The notes beneath the pieces are model-generated. The model was given only the letters and a program-made list of their open reading frames with translations, searched no databases and was not told the DNA's origin. Shown here piece by piece: positions 1-10,600 of a DNA stretch of 64,000 nt (position 1 is the stretch's first letter; every line of letters starts with the position of its first letter). Position numbers and translations under genes: made by a program. The DNA comes from an uncultured bacterium (GTDB lineage: Bacteria > UBA8481): assembly GCA_964499705.1 (NCBI GenBank), contig CAZCME010000001.1:385243-449242 (forward strand), read 5' to 3'.

Positions 1-62
1 CCCTGATTCATGCACGGGATTGCCGGACAAGACCGCGAGCGAACCTTGCCTCATGGTTCGGT

Positions 63-2594
63 GTGAGCGCAAACTTCGGGGTGGGACTCCTCCTTCTCCT
101 CATCGTGGGTGCTCTCGCGCCCGCCGCCGCGGTTTCGGGCGGCTCTCCGGCCACGAACGTCCGCGTGCAGAACATCCTCAAGGCGTTCGTCGGCACGTCG
201 GGGCAGGAGGCGATTGGTCTTGGCTCGTGGATCTCGGGTAAAACTTACGCCGATGTCCTTGCGGGCGGAGCATCCGATCACGATATCCGCCTCATCTCGA
301 ACGCGCTGACGCCCGCCGATGCTCAGCGCGAATGGATTCGCGCCCGCGCCACGCTTTCGGACATGGTGAAGAGAGAATTCGGCAAGGACGCTGCCAAGGT
401 CCTGAAGAGCATCAACCTCTATCCGCCTTCACAGCTCATGCGCGGCGTGGAGGATGCATCGGACGCGCTGGGGCGCTTCAGGAAACTCGGCAATGTTCCG
501 AATCTCGGATTCACCGGCGCCGTTGCGGCGGCGCCCGCCCAGTTCGCCGAAGGGCTCTACGGCTCCGGGGCGAAGGCGTGGACGCAGGCATACGAGCAGC
601 AGGCCGGCCGGATCTTCTATGCGCGCGACGGCAAGGTCTTCACGGGCTTTACGGATCTCACGCACATGTCGGAGGGCATCGCGCGATACGACGTGGCGGG
701 CATGTGCAACACATCGACGCAGTGGGCCGAGCATATCGTCGAGGAACTTCACGAGGGTCGCGGAGATAAAGTGGCGAAGTATCTCGAACGGCTCGACCGG
801 GATCTCGCCAAGGCCCGGAGCCTCGCGAGGGTCGAGCTCGATCCCGCCTGGCGGCAGCAGGTGAAGAAGCTCGCGGAGACATTGAAGAGGAATCCGGGCA
901 AGGCCGGCGAGCTCCAGGGAGAGATCAATGCGGTTCTGGCGAGAAGCCGGGGGGAGGCTTCGCTCCTGACTCGCATGACGCGTGCGCCGGCGGCGGAGCG
1001 GAAAATTCTGCAGAACGCGCTGAAAGAATTGCGGGGAGGCGGACGGTTCTCGCAGATTTTGACGCAGGCCGGGGAGGTCGTGACCTTCGAGCGGGCGCTC
1101 ACTGCGATCTCTGTCATTCTCCAAGTGCGGCAGACGGCGAAATTCGCCGGAGAAGAAGAGTATCATCAGGCCGTCTCGTCGGCACTGGCAGGCGTTGCCG
1201 GTATCGCTTCCTTCCCCGTCGGCTTTGTCGGAGACATGACGAACTGGGTCATGGAATCGGCCAAGGCGAACGGTTATGCCTTCGCGGCCTCCACGCAGGA
1301 AGCGTGGGATCTCATGGCCGGCATTCACACCGCGGTCGGACGGACCGACGTCGAGGATCGCGGGTACACGCTCGATGAACTTGTCGCGAGGATCGACGAC
1401 GAGAAGAAGCTGGAGGCCGTCGTTTACACCAAGGCCAGGAACGCCGCGAGCCGAGGATTCGGAGGAGCCGAGACGGGAAAGACCGACGAGAAGGTCGGGG
1501 ATGAAATCTTCGCCCGCTGCTGGCCGATCATTCGTGATGCCTGGCGCGAGCGCCGCGAGGAGCTCACGCTCGAATACACGGCGATCATGGACGAACTCGA
1601 GCACGCGCCCGTCCTGCTGAAATACGCACCTGTTCCCCTAAGCGTGAAACCCAAGGAGAAGGTGACCGTGACCGTGGCCGCGGAGATGGCGGATCCGAAG
1701 TTTGCCGAGAAGCTGGCGAGAGCGAAACAGATCCTGACAATCCTCTACAGGGAAGGAGTCTTCGCGGATGTGGAGTGGAAGTGGAAGGGGGGGCGCGCCG
1801 CATCCGACAAGACGAAGCGCATCTACGAGTTCGACACGGCCGGATCGCACGCCGTCACGCTCGCGGTGAAGATCAACGCGGGCGCGGCGAACGCGAGGAT
1901 CGGCCAGGTCTTGTCCCGCAAGTTCGAACTGCAATCCGGAATCGATGTGCTCGTCGAAGCGGCGCAGCCGGATTTCGAGTATCCGTTCATGAGCTGTTCC
2001 GTCCGCATCTCCGGGGAGGGCGTCATCAATAAGCGCGGCCTGGACGACAAAATCGATGCCCCGGCAAGGATCGAATTCACGATGGGCGGCTCGGACTTGA
2101 AATATGAGTGGAAGGATAACACCTTCGTCACGGAGTATTTCGAAGTTTACAGGGAAGGATGTCCGGCCCGGGTTCGTCTCGAGGGAAACTTCAATGAGAA
2201 ACGAACCGTCATTGAGAACCTGACGATCACGTGGGAGGGAGTGCGGGATGAAAAGAGCGTGGAGGTGGACATCAGGGAGATCGAAAAGTCGAGTTTTACC
2301 GCGGTGGGCATTCCCTTGAAGGAGACCTTCGACGGAGAAAGGCTTCTCTACTCCGTATCCTTTCGCAAGCTCGAGGATCGGCCGCCCGGATTTCAGTTGC
2401 TGAAGGCCGATTATCTGTATGACTCCCGCAGGGCGGTCCGTCTCACGTTCGACGCCAATGGGAACCGGATGGAGGATGTCATAACAGAGCGCAAGGATCG
2501 GTTCCGCTTCGACCGGGCAGGAGTCAGCATCAGCATCGACTTCTTTCGTGAGCCCATGAGTGATCCGCCGCCTCCGATGAGCGAGCCGAGATAA
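63..2594 (+). CDS. Secreted hypothetical protein, 843 aa (N-terminal nucleotidyltransferase-like motif, helical middle, PKD/Ig-like segment, beta-rich C-terminus)
   Basis: Long ORF with GTG start; hydrophobic signal peptide (LLLLLIVGALAPAAA); motif GLGSW...SDHDIRL; PKD-like segment WKWKGG..RIYEFDTAGSHAVTLAV. Confidence 0.8.
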   Translation: MSANFGVGLLLLLIVGALAPAAAVSGGSPATNVRVQNILKAFVGTSGQEAIGLGSWISGKTYADVLAGGASDHDIRLISNALTPADAQREWIRARATLSDMVKREFGKDAAKVLKSINLYPPSQLMRGVEDASDALGRFRKLGNVPNLGFTGAVAAAPAQFAEGLYGSGAKAWTQAYEQQAGRIFYARDGKVFTGFTDLTHMSEGIARYDVAGMCNTSTQWAEHIVEELHEGRGDKVAKYLERLDRDLAKARSLARVELDPAWRQQVKKLAETLKRNPGKAGELQGEINAVLARSRGEASLLTRMTRAPAAERKILQNALKELRGGGRFSQILTQAGEVVTFERALTAISVILQVRQTAKFAGEEEYHQAVSSALAGVAGIASFPVGFVGDMTNWVMESAKANGYAFAASTQEAWDLMAGIHTAVGRTDVEDRGYTLDELVARIDDEKKLEAVVYTKARNAASRGFGGAETGKTDEKVGDEIFARCWPIIRDAWRERREELTLEYTAIMDELEHAPVLLKYAPVPLSVKPKEKVTVTVAAEMADPKFAEKLARAKQILTILYREGVFADVEWKWKGGRAASDKTKRIYEFDTAGSHAVTLAVKINAGAANARIGQVLSRKFELQSGIDVLVEAAQPDFEYPFMSCSVRISGEGVINKRGLDDKIDAPARIEFTMGGSDLKYEWKDNTFVTEYFEVYREGCPARVRLEGNFNEKRTVIENLTITWEGVRDEKSVEVDIREIEKSSFTAVGIPLKETFDGERLLYSVSFRKLEDRPPGFQLLKADYLYDSRRAVRLTFDANGNRMEDVITERKDRFRFDRAGVSISIDFFREPMSDPPPPMSEPR

Positions 2595-2727
2595 GAGGAC
2601 AGGCCCGCCGGAGCCTGGTGATCTTGCTATTTATTTTCATGGTCGTGACATGGATCATGTCCCCGGGCATCCTTAATGTGGTTCAATGTTTTTCGGAATG
2701 GGGTGGCCCGGAAAATCATCGTCCGTC

Positions 2728-5310
2728 ATGCGATTATCGCTGCCCTTCCTCCTGTTCCTGATTCAGCTCGTCGCCGGGGTGATTCCTGCGGCCGCCGCGT
2801 CTCCTCCCGAAATCCGAATCGTTCGCATCGTGGGCTCCGCTCAGGTGTTGCGCGCGGGAGAATGGAGCAAGCTCGCCGCGCAGGACACGGTCTCCGCCAA
2901 CGAACGCATCCGAACTCCCGGAGGCGGCGAAGTCTTTCTCGACCTCGGAGGTGTTGCGGCGGTCCGGATCGGGCCTGACGCGGATCTGAGGGTTACTTCT
3001 CTTGCCGTAACAGACGCCGGCCGGGCGCGACCGACCGTGAACTCGCGGCTCGACCTGGGCAAAGGGCGTGCGTGGATCAACGTCAAGGAGCTTTCCCGGA
3101 ATTCCCGCTTCGAAGTCCGGACGCCCGTCATCGTGGCCGGTGTCCGGGGGACGTCCTTCGCCGTTGGCGCGGATGGTCCGTTCGCGGGCGTCGGCGTCGC
3201 GGCGGGTTCCGTGGATATGGGGCCCGCGCCCGATGCATCCGACTTTCCCGATGCGGCGGCACTGCCTTCACGTTTCACGCCGCTTCTCCTCGGCGTGCGC
3301 GAGCAGGCGCTCATCGGCACCGGCGATCCCGTGCGCGAGGCGATTCCGGATGAGGAATGGAATCTCCTGAAGCAGGCGCTACAGGAACTGGTGAACACGG
3401 TGGAGATGTCACGGATGAAGCGGTTGTTGGACCAGATACCGCGGAAGGAGGACGCGTCGCTTCTCCGGTTGACGAGTGCCTTCCGTGCGCTCTTCATCCT
3501 GAAGCAGGTGATCGATCGGGCGAATGCGCGGCTGGCCGAGGTGGAGTCCGAATTCGGCGAGAACAGATCGTACTGGCAGGAGGCGGCGAGCCTGGACCTC
3601 CTTCGCGAGCAGACCGTCGGCGCCGTGAGCGAAGCTCGACTGCGGTATGAAACGGCCTATGAGAAACTGGCGGGATCGACCATCCGGCAGATCGAGAAGA
3701 TCGTGGAGCGGTATGACGCGTTCGCGGCCAGGGCGCGGTTCAGCGAAATCGCCGGGGACACGGTATCCGGCCGCATACGCGCGCCGGAGGAAGTCATCCC
3801 GGTCACGCCGGATCTTTCGACACCCGTCGATCCTTTCGCAGCCTCGGAAATTGCGGAGTTCGTGAAGCGGACGCTGGAGCAATTCTTCGTCGCGCTCGAA
3901 ACCGAGAAGATCGGCGACGTCGAAGCACGCGTCGCGGAATCCTTCTTCAATAACGACCGCAACCAGTTCCGATACGGCCGGAACGATTTCCTCATTTCCG
4001 TCCAGAAGGATTTCGATCACCTCGACAACGTCGCCTACCGGTTGCGCGTGAAATCGATCGAGTTCTCGGGGAATCATGCGATCGTACGCCTGCTGTGGGA
4101 CAGGCGCGCGACGATCGCGACGACGCGGAGCGAATGGCTCGTGAAGGATCAGAGCAGCATCCTGACGTTCGAGCGTTCCGACGGCGATCGACGTTTTCTC
4201 CTGTCGCGCATCGACGGCGATCCGATCACGGGGCTTTCATCCAGTTATTCAGGAGTGACGCTCGTGAAGGACGGGACGCTCGACAACGTCCGGCTCGATA
4301 CGGCCATCGCCATCGACGACGACCAGCGGAAGGACACGGCTGATGCGGATGATTTTCCCGATGTGCCTCCGACGGAGATCGGTTTGACGCCGCCGGCGAC
4401 GGGCGCGGTCACTTACACGTTGAACGCCGATACCGTGATCGGAGCGGGGCAGACGTGGACGCTGAACAGCGGAGACCAGGTGCGCATCGGCGCGGGCGTG
4501 CGGATCACGGTCGCCAACGGAGGCGTCCTGAATGCGCACGGAGCCACCTTCACGAACCAGGGCGGCGGAAACTGGAACGGACTTTTCTTCTCCAATACGG
4601 GCGGCGCGAATTCGCTTCTGAATTGCACGATCCAGAATGCGGACACGGGGATCCATCTTTCGAGCGTCACCGCCATCTCGATTTCGAGTTGCCAGGTGAC
4701 CGTGACGGGAGATGCGATCGTGAGCGAGAACAGCACGTCGACGATCCAGAGCAATACGATCCGCGGGACGCAGAGAGGCGTCCGGCTCCGTGGCACCGGC
4801 ACGGTGACGATGTCCTCCAACACCGTGCAGAACTCCACCGGTGTCGCGGCGCTCTCGATCGAGATGGCCGCGCCGTTCACCGGGACGCTGACGAGCACGA
4901 GCGACTTCTTCACCGTGAGCCGCATGGGAGCGCTCTTTGTCGAGGGCGGGCCGGGCACGTACCAGTTCACATCGACGTCCTTCACGCAGAATACGCTCGA
5001 CGGCGTCAACGTCCAGATGGCCATGGGGACCAGTTACACTTTCACCGGTTGCCAGATCAACCAGAACACGAGGCACGGGATCTGGAACGTGGGCGGGGCG
5101 ACGATGACGGTCTCGAGTTCCAATATCATGCAGAATACAGATACGGGCATCCGCGGCGGCGGCGTCGCCACGATGAACGACTGCTATCTCTCCGGAAATA
5201 ACGGCGCGGCTGGCGTGGATCTTTCGACCGCGATCCCGAACTCCGGCTCGGCTCCGCCCCAGTACGCGGAGATGAACACCGTCACGAACCCGAGCGCAAC
5301 GCCGAAATGA
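2728..5310 (+). CDS. Secreted FecR-domain protein with NTF2-like domain and C-terminal right-handed beta-helix
   Basis: Start moved to ATG 2728, which opens a signal peptide (MRLSLPFLLFLIQLVAGVIPAAAA); FecR signature FEVRTPVIVAGVRGTSFAV; repeated S/T/N-rich strands (TIQSNTI, TMSSNTV, FTQNT, INQNT, IMQNT) typical of beta-helices. Confidence 0.8.
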   Translation: MRLSLPFLLFLIQLVAGVIPAAAASPPEIRIVRIVGSAQVLRAGEWSKLAAQDTVSANERIRTPGGGEVFLDLGGVAAVRIGPDADLRVTSLAVTDAGRARPTVNSRLDLGKGRAWINVKELSRNSRFEVRTPVIVAGVRGTSFAVGADGPFAGVGVAAGSVDMGPAPDASDFPDAAALPSRFTPLLLGVREQALIGTGDPVREAIPDEEWNLLKQALQELVNTVEMSRMKRLLDQIPRKEDASLLRLTSAFRALFILKQVIDRANARLAEVESEFGENRSYWQEAASLDLLREQTVGAVSEARLRYETAYEKLAGSTIRQIEKIVERYDAFAARARFSEIAGDTVSGRIRAPEEVIPVTPDLSTPVDPFAASEIAEFVKRTLEQFFVALETEKIGDVEARVAESFFNNDRNQFRYGRNDFLISVQKDFDHLDNVAYRLRVKSIEFSGNHAIVRLLWDRRATIATTRSEWLVKDQSSILTFERSDGDRRFLLSRIDGDPITGLSSSYSGVTLVKDGTLDNVRLDTAIAIDDDQRKDTADADDFPDVPPTEIGLTPPATGAVTYTLNADTVIGAGQTWTLNSGDQVRIGAGVRITVANGGVLNAHGATFTNQGGGNWNGLFFSNTGGANSLLNCTIQNADTGIHLSSVTAISISSCQVTVTGDAIVSENSTSTIQSNTIRGTQRGVRLRGTGTVTMSSNTVQNSTGVAALSIEMAAPFTGTLTSTSDFFTVSRMGALFVEGGPGTYQFTSTSFTQNTLDGVNVQMAMGTSYTFTGCQINQNTRHGIWNVGGATMTVSSSNIMQNTDTGIRGGGVATMNDCYLSGNNGAAGVDLSTAIPNSGSAPPQYAEMNTVTNPSATPK

Positions 5311-7151
5311 AGCGATCTCTTCTCTTCACGGCCGTCGTTGCCCTGCTGCTGCTCGCCGGTCCGCCGTCGCGCGCTCTAGACGTGGAATACTCCGATGGGA
5401 CCCGGAACAGCCCCACTTCATATTCCGGAAACGACGGTGTCCAGACCAACGCGCGGGAAAATGGAAATAATGTCGAAGCTTCCCTGGCCTATCGGGCACC
5501 CGCCTGGTCGCGCCCGGTTGTCGGCGTGCAGGATGCCTTCAAACAATTTCTGAAGTTCGACCGGCTGAACTTCGTCGTCAATTCGCAGTTGTACGACCAG
5601 AACGTGAAGGGAAACGTGAGCCGCTCCTTCAAGGACGAGGGCACTCATCTGACGCAGCGCCTGAATCTCAATCTGGAGAAGAACTACGGCGTCTCGGGCG
5701 GACGCTTCGCCTTCTATGGAGATGTCCGCGCCACAACCGATCAGCAGATCCAGCCTGACAAGGTCTTCGAGACGCTCGGAGCCTACGGCGAATTCGCGAA
5801 TGCGGGAAAGTACAGCCTGAGGCTGGGAAACGTCTCGGCGAACTTCTCATCGTACAGCTTCGGCCAGAGCGCGGATGTCGGCGCGCATCTCAAGCTGGAG
5901 GATCTGAAATTCTCGCGCCTCAACCTGGGCGGCGTCGTGAAGCGATTCGAATTGATCGGCGCCCAGCTTCGGCGGGCGATACCCGGCACGCAGTTCCGCA
6001 GGACCACTTACGGAGCGCATGTCGAACCGAAGATTCCCATCGCGCTCGTCAAACAGGTCGGCGTGAACGTCGTCCAGACGAAAGACGATCTGCGGAGCCT
6101 TCATACCGGCGAGCGGGGAACGCTGCGCGCGCTCACGAATACGCTCTATTCGGGAACGGCGCAACTGGGTTGGAGCGGGTGGATGCTCGATCTCGAAGCC
6201 GCCAGCAGCCGGCACGATGAAGATCAATTGAATTCCGCCCGCCCGCAGACCGGCAACGCGTATCGCGCGCTTCTTTCCGGAATGCTCGTCCAGAGATGGG
6301 GGCCGTTCCAGGGATTCCGGTTCTCCGGAGCGTATGAAAATGTCGAACCGGAGTTCAATTCGGTGACAGGCGCCGGCAATCCCGACAACCGTCTGTTGCG
6401 GGCTTCGCTGGATGTTTCCGTGCCGCGGGCCAATCTCACCCTGAGGCAGGAAGCGTCGCACAGCCGGAATAACCTGCAGGGACAACTCACATCGACGAAT
6501 TACCTGACGACGTACACGCACCGCATGTCCTGGCAGCCGCTCCGAAATTTCGCGAAGATCGAATTCCTCAGGAACGTCAACGTCGCCGTCTCCTTCGTGG
6601 AGACGCTCCGCCGCGCGACTTCGGGAACCCTGCACGGCATCAACGAGCGCCAGGACTTTACGCTCTCCACGCGCCACGGGCGGCACAATATGACCGCGTT
6701 TTACCGATACGGGATCGCGGGCAACAAGGCCGGAGGCACGGGCAACCGGCGGGATGAGGCGGCCGGAGTCTCATACGGGCTGCGTGAACTCGACCTGCAC
6801 GTGGTGAAATCGAGCCTCAACCTCTCGGTCCAGAAGAACTTCAGCGTCCAGAAGGACGGCAGCCTTGCGCGCACCGCTCAGCGGTCGATCGCCATCTCCT
6901 CGCAGAATTATCTCGCTCGCTGGCCCCATCTGCATCTCGACGGCGAATACAGCCGCAACCTGACGGAGAATTCCAATCCGGGCCAGAATATCGCGCGCGG
7001 CCGGTATTCCGTGGCCCTGGCTTCGGACCAGTTCATCGCGAAGGATGGTAAGCTCTCGCTTCTCTTCACCAACGAGCAGACATCGGAGGACCAGGTCGCG
7101 AACAGTTTCGAGGAGATCACATGGAAAGCCGAGCTCGAGTTCAGGTTTTGA
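5307..7151 (+). CDS. Predicted outer-membrane beta-barrel protein
   Basis: ATGA overlap with upstream gene; signal peptide; alternating amphipathic strands; C-terminal beta-signal WKAELEFRF ending in Phe. Confidence 0.75.
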   Translation: MKRSLLFTAVVALLLLAGPPSRALDVEYSDGTRNSPTSYSGNDGVQTNARENGNNVEASLAYRAPAWSRPVVGVQDAFKQFLKFDRLNFVVNSQLYDQNVKGNVSRSFKDEGTHLTQRLNLNLEKNYGVSGGRFAFYGDVRATTDQQIQPDKVFETLGAYGEFANAGKYSLRLGNVSANFSSYSFGQSADVGAHLKLEDLKFSRLNLGGVVKRFELIGAQLRRAIPGTQFRRTTYGAHVEPKIPIALVKQVGVNVVQTKDDLRSLHTGERGTLRALTNTLYSGTAQLGWSGWMLDLEAASSRHDEDQLNSARPQTGNAYRALLSGMLVQRWGPFQGFRFSGAYENVEPEFNSVTGAGNPDNRLLRASLDVSVPRANLTLRQEASHSRNNLQGQLTSTNYLTTYTHRMSWQPLRNFAKIEFLRNVNVAVSFVETLRRATSGTLHGINERQDFTLSTRHGRHNMTAFYRYGIAGNKAGGTGNRRDEAAGVSYGLRELDLHVVKSSLNLSVQKNFSVQKDGSLARTAQRSIAISSQNYLARWPHLHLDGEYSRNLTENSNPGQNIARGRYSVALASDQFIAKDGKLSLLFTNEQTSEDQVANSFEEITWKAELEFRF

Positions 7152-7603
7152 ATCAGGCTGGCCTGCTGAAACAGGCGCTCCTCCTGGCGGTCCTCACGTT
7201 CCTCACCGTGCAGACAGCCGGTTGCGTGCCCTCGTCGGAAAATACGCTCGATCCCGGCCTGGCCCAGCGAACGCTCGACGGATTCTTCCGGAATCTCCAG
7301 GACCGGAACATGCTGGCACTGCGCGATGCGGTGGATTCACAATTCGGTGGCGATGGCGAGCGACTCCTGGCTCAACTCACCGATGCTCTAGACGCCTACC
7401 AGGACATCAGGATCGAGGCGCACGTCCGGCGGGATATCATGGATGACGACGTCCTGGAAACGTCCTTCCGCTGGAATCGCCGATGGCGGTCGCAGGAGAC
7501 TGGCGCCGAGACGCTGGCAAGCGGCACTTCGGTGCTGCGTTTTCGCAGGACCGCATCCGGCTATAAACTGACAGGAGCGCCGGGGCGACAACCGTGGCAG
7601 TAA
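7148..7603 (+). CDS. Putative lipoprotein with NTF2/SnoaL-like fold
   Basis: Probable TTG start overlapping the upstream TGA; hydrophobic stretch then lipobox-like TAG-C; helix-then-strands pattern similar to domains in the 2728 and 7594 genes. Confidence 0.7.
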   Translation: MNQAGLLKQALLLAVLTFLTVQTAGCVPSSENTLDPGLAQRTLDGFFRNLQDRNMLALRDAVDSQFGGDGERLLAQLTDALDAYQDIRIEAHVRRDIMDDDVLETSFRWNRRWRSQETGAETLASGTSVLRFRRTASGYKLTGAPGRQPWQ

Positions 7604-10600
7604 GGTATCTTTCTCTCGCCTTTCTTCTCGCGCTGACGGCAGGCGGGCCGTTTCTTCCGGCGGAGGCGGCGGAATCGGAGGAGCCAGGGGCGCTCGACGT
7701 CTTCTTCCTACCGGCGTTTCCTCCGTTCTACGATGCGATGCTCGGCAAGATCGACGACCTGCACCAGATCTGCCCCGGCACGCCCGCTTCGGATCTGAAG
7801 CTCTACAATAATCTGCTGAAGTTTCCCGGCCACCTCGTCAATCTTCTCTCCTTCGCCAACGCGATCGACGCCGGCGACAATCTCGATGCGGCGATCTCCG
7901 GCGGCTTGAACGGCGCCGGCCTTCTGCTCGATGTCATGGGCGCGTCGGGCATGGAGAACCTGACGGTCTCGTTCGGCGCATCCAGCGCGGCCATCAACCT
8001 CACGGTCATCGGAGCGCTCGTCACATCGCTGCAGATCACGTATCAGAGCTACAAGCTCGCGGTGCAGAACGAAACCGGGCGCAAGATCGAATCGCTCTAC
8101 GGTTCCATTGAACGCGATCCGCATCTCAAGACGCCCGGCCGGAAGCTCGGCGAGGGCGAGCCCATCCGGAAAGACGCGAAGGCGCGCGAATATATCTGGA
8201 CGCGGATTCTCATCGACTCGACGTGGCGGGAGCTTTTCCAGACATATGTCGTGAGCGAGCTGGGCCAGGATTGGCCGCAAGCATCGACATGGGAAAGCAT
8301 GAAAGGCATTTCCGCGGAGGCGAAGATCATCGAGGAGGAACGCCGCCTGAAGGGTCACATCCTCGCGCTTCTGGACCAGATCAGCGGATACGCGAAGGCG
8401 CGCGAGGCCGCGGTCGTGGACGCGAAGAAGATGCGCGAACTAGGCGCCTCCGGAAATGGAAGTTTCACGCCCGCGCAGCTCCAGGCCGCCCTGGCGCGCG
8501 CGGGAGAGGCGCTGAAGGAACTTCCGCGCGCGGAGGAATATGCGAATCACGGGCTCGACGAGAAGGTGAAGGAGTTCAAGGCGGAGATCGAGAAGAAGGA
8601 TGCGACGGCGAGACGGATCCTCATGTTTCGAACCGGCGTCATTCCGGGCGAGATCAAGAATCTTCGCGGCTGGGCGCGCATTATCCAGGGGCTTCCCACC
8701 CGGGGGAAGTTCGGCGCTCAGCGCGAAGCGATCCTGAAGAAACTGGAAGGCGGCTATAGGAAGTTGCTCGCTCTCATCAATTCGATTCCCCGCGACAAGA
8801 TCGAGGAACTGGCGAAAGTGGAGGAGAAAGCGATCGAGCAGGAAGCGCTGGCGGAGCATGACCCGTGGAATCCGCAAGCGGCAGTTTCGGAAGCGGCGAC
8901 CGACAATGCCGTGATGAAGCACTTCCAGTTCAAGCGTCGGAAGCTCGAACGGAAATACGAGGATTACGCCGGAGAGATGCGGTCGATCGTCGAGAACGGG
9001 GAAGTCGACGAGCGGATGAAATCGGAACGGATCATCCAGGACGCGCGGGATGCGGCGGCGAAACTCCAGGGAGAATATGAATCGGACAGGCTCGACCATG
9101 AGAAATCGGATTACCTGAAGAAATATGATGAAGTGGCGGAAAAGCAGGGGGCGGAAATGGATGCTCTCAACAAGGATCTGGAGCGCACCAACGCCGAAAT
9201 TGCCGCGGCGGAGGGGCGCCTCTCCACTTCGCTATACCAGAGGCGATACGCGCTCCTTCAACAGATCGAGGTGTTGAAGAAGGAACAGCGAATCCTGGGG
9301 GCGAATCTGAAGGCCGTCATGCGTGAGGTGGAGATGTACGCGGCTCTTGATGTGGGGGAAGCGAACGAGATCGTGCAGCGCCTCGTCAACTACGCGGAGA
9401 TGTATCGCGCCCGCTTCGCGAACGTCACGGCGCTCCTGCAGTCGACCGCTGCCGATGCCTTGGCCAGGGTCGGCGCATTCCAGCCGCCTTTTTCGCTCCT
9501 GTCGAAGGATGACGTCCGCGCCTTGCGAGAACTCCTCGCGAAAGGAGGAACGACGTACGCGGGCACGACCGGCAACGATTATCTCAAGTCGAAATTGGCG
9601 CTCGATCCCGCTTCCACACCCCTGACACAGTTCCGCGAGCGCCTCAAGGAGCTGCGCGACGCCTCGAAAGCCTACGCGGAAAAAGTCGCGGCGCTCCGGA
9701 TTCCGCTCGAACATTCCATCGTTTCTCCCGAAGGCGGATTCATCGGATACATCTCGCAGCTCGAGAAGAATGTCGTGCCGGCGCTTCAATACGTCGAGAA
9801 GGGGGAATTCGCGCGGCAGCGGAAATTGATCGAGGACGCGCTCGCGGAAGCGGTCCGCTTCATCGAGGATCGCCACGACGAGATTCCCGAATCCTTCGAA
9901 GAGTCGTATGAGGCAATGATGAAAAACCTGGAGGAGTATCAGGCCGGCGCGAAAATCTATACCGCCGCCTTTCTCAATCCCGGCGTTTCGTCCGAAGAAG
10001 TGCAAACCTTTGTGAAGACGGCGGAGGAAAATAACCGGCGCGTGTCGGACGACCTGGACTACATCAATATGCTGTACGAACGATTCTGGAAGGCAGAGCT
10101 GGAAGCGGGCCGCCTGGTCGCGGGCATGATCGTCGCTTCATCCAGCCATGGCGGAGACGGCTCTCTTCCTCTCTTGGGATCTGAAGAGCTGAAGGACATC
10201 ATGAGCGAATATCGGTTGGAAGAGATCGACGTGCAGGCGAACCTGGGCCTTGGAAAACTTCTGGAGGCTCCCTGGGCTGTCACGCGAACGCGGGAACGGA
10301 TGGTCCTCATCCGTCAGAAGGAGCTCCAGGATTTTCATGCGCGACTCACGGCCATACCCCCCGCATCGCTCAACTCGATGATCGCGGAAGCGAGAAAAGC
10401 ATCGTCGGGCGTCGATCTCCTCATGGACAACCGGCTCCAGCGCGGGCAGGAATGCGCGCTCCAGCTCAAGGCGATCCCGGAATACGCGGAGCTGGGAAAG
10501 CGGATCGACGCGACGCTCGCGCTGAAGCGCAAGCAGGCGGAGGACGAGCGCGAGAGGGAAAACAAGGAAAGAACCACGGAGCTTCTGAAGATCTTCGAAC

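Noticed and set aside
2647-2661. Palindrome GACATG-GAT-CATGTC upstream of the FecR gene
   Set aside because: Short single occurrence that cannot be distinguished from chance
2686-5310. Classical FecI/FecR/TonB iron-uptake locus
   Set aside because: No ECF sigma gene, and the adjacent barrel shows no evident plug domain or TonB box
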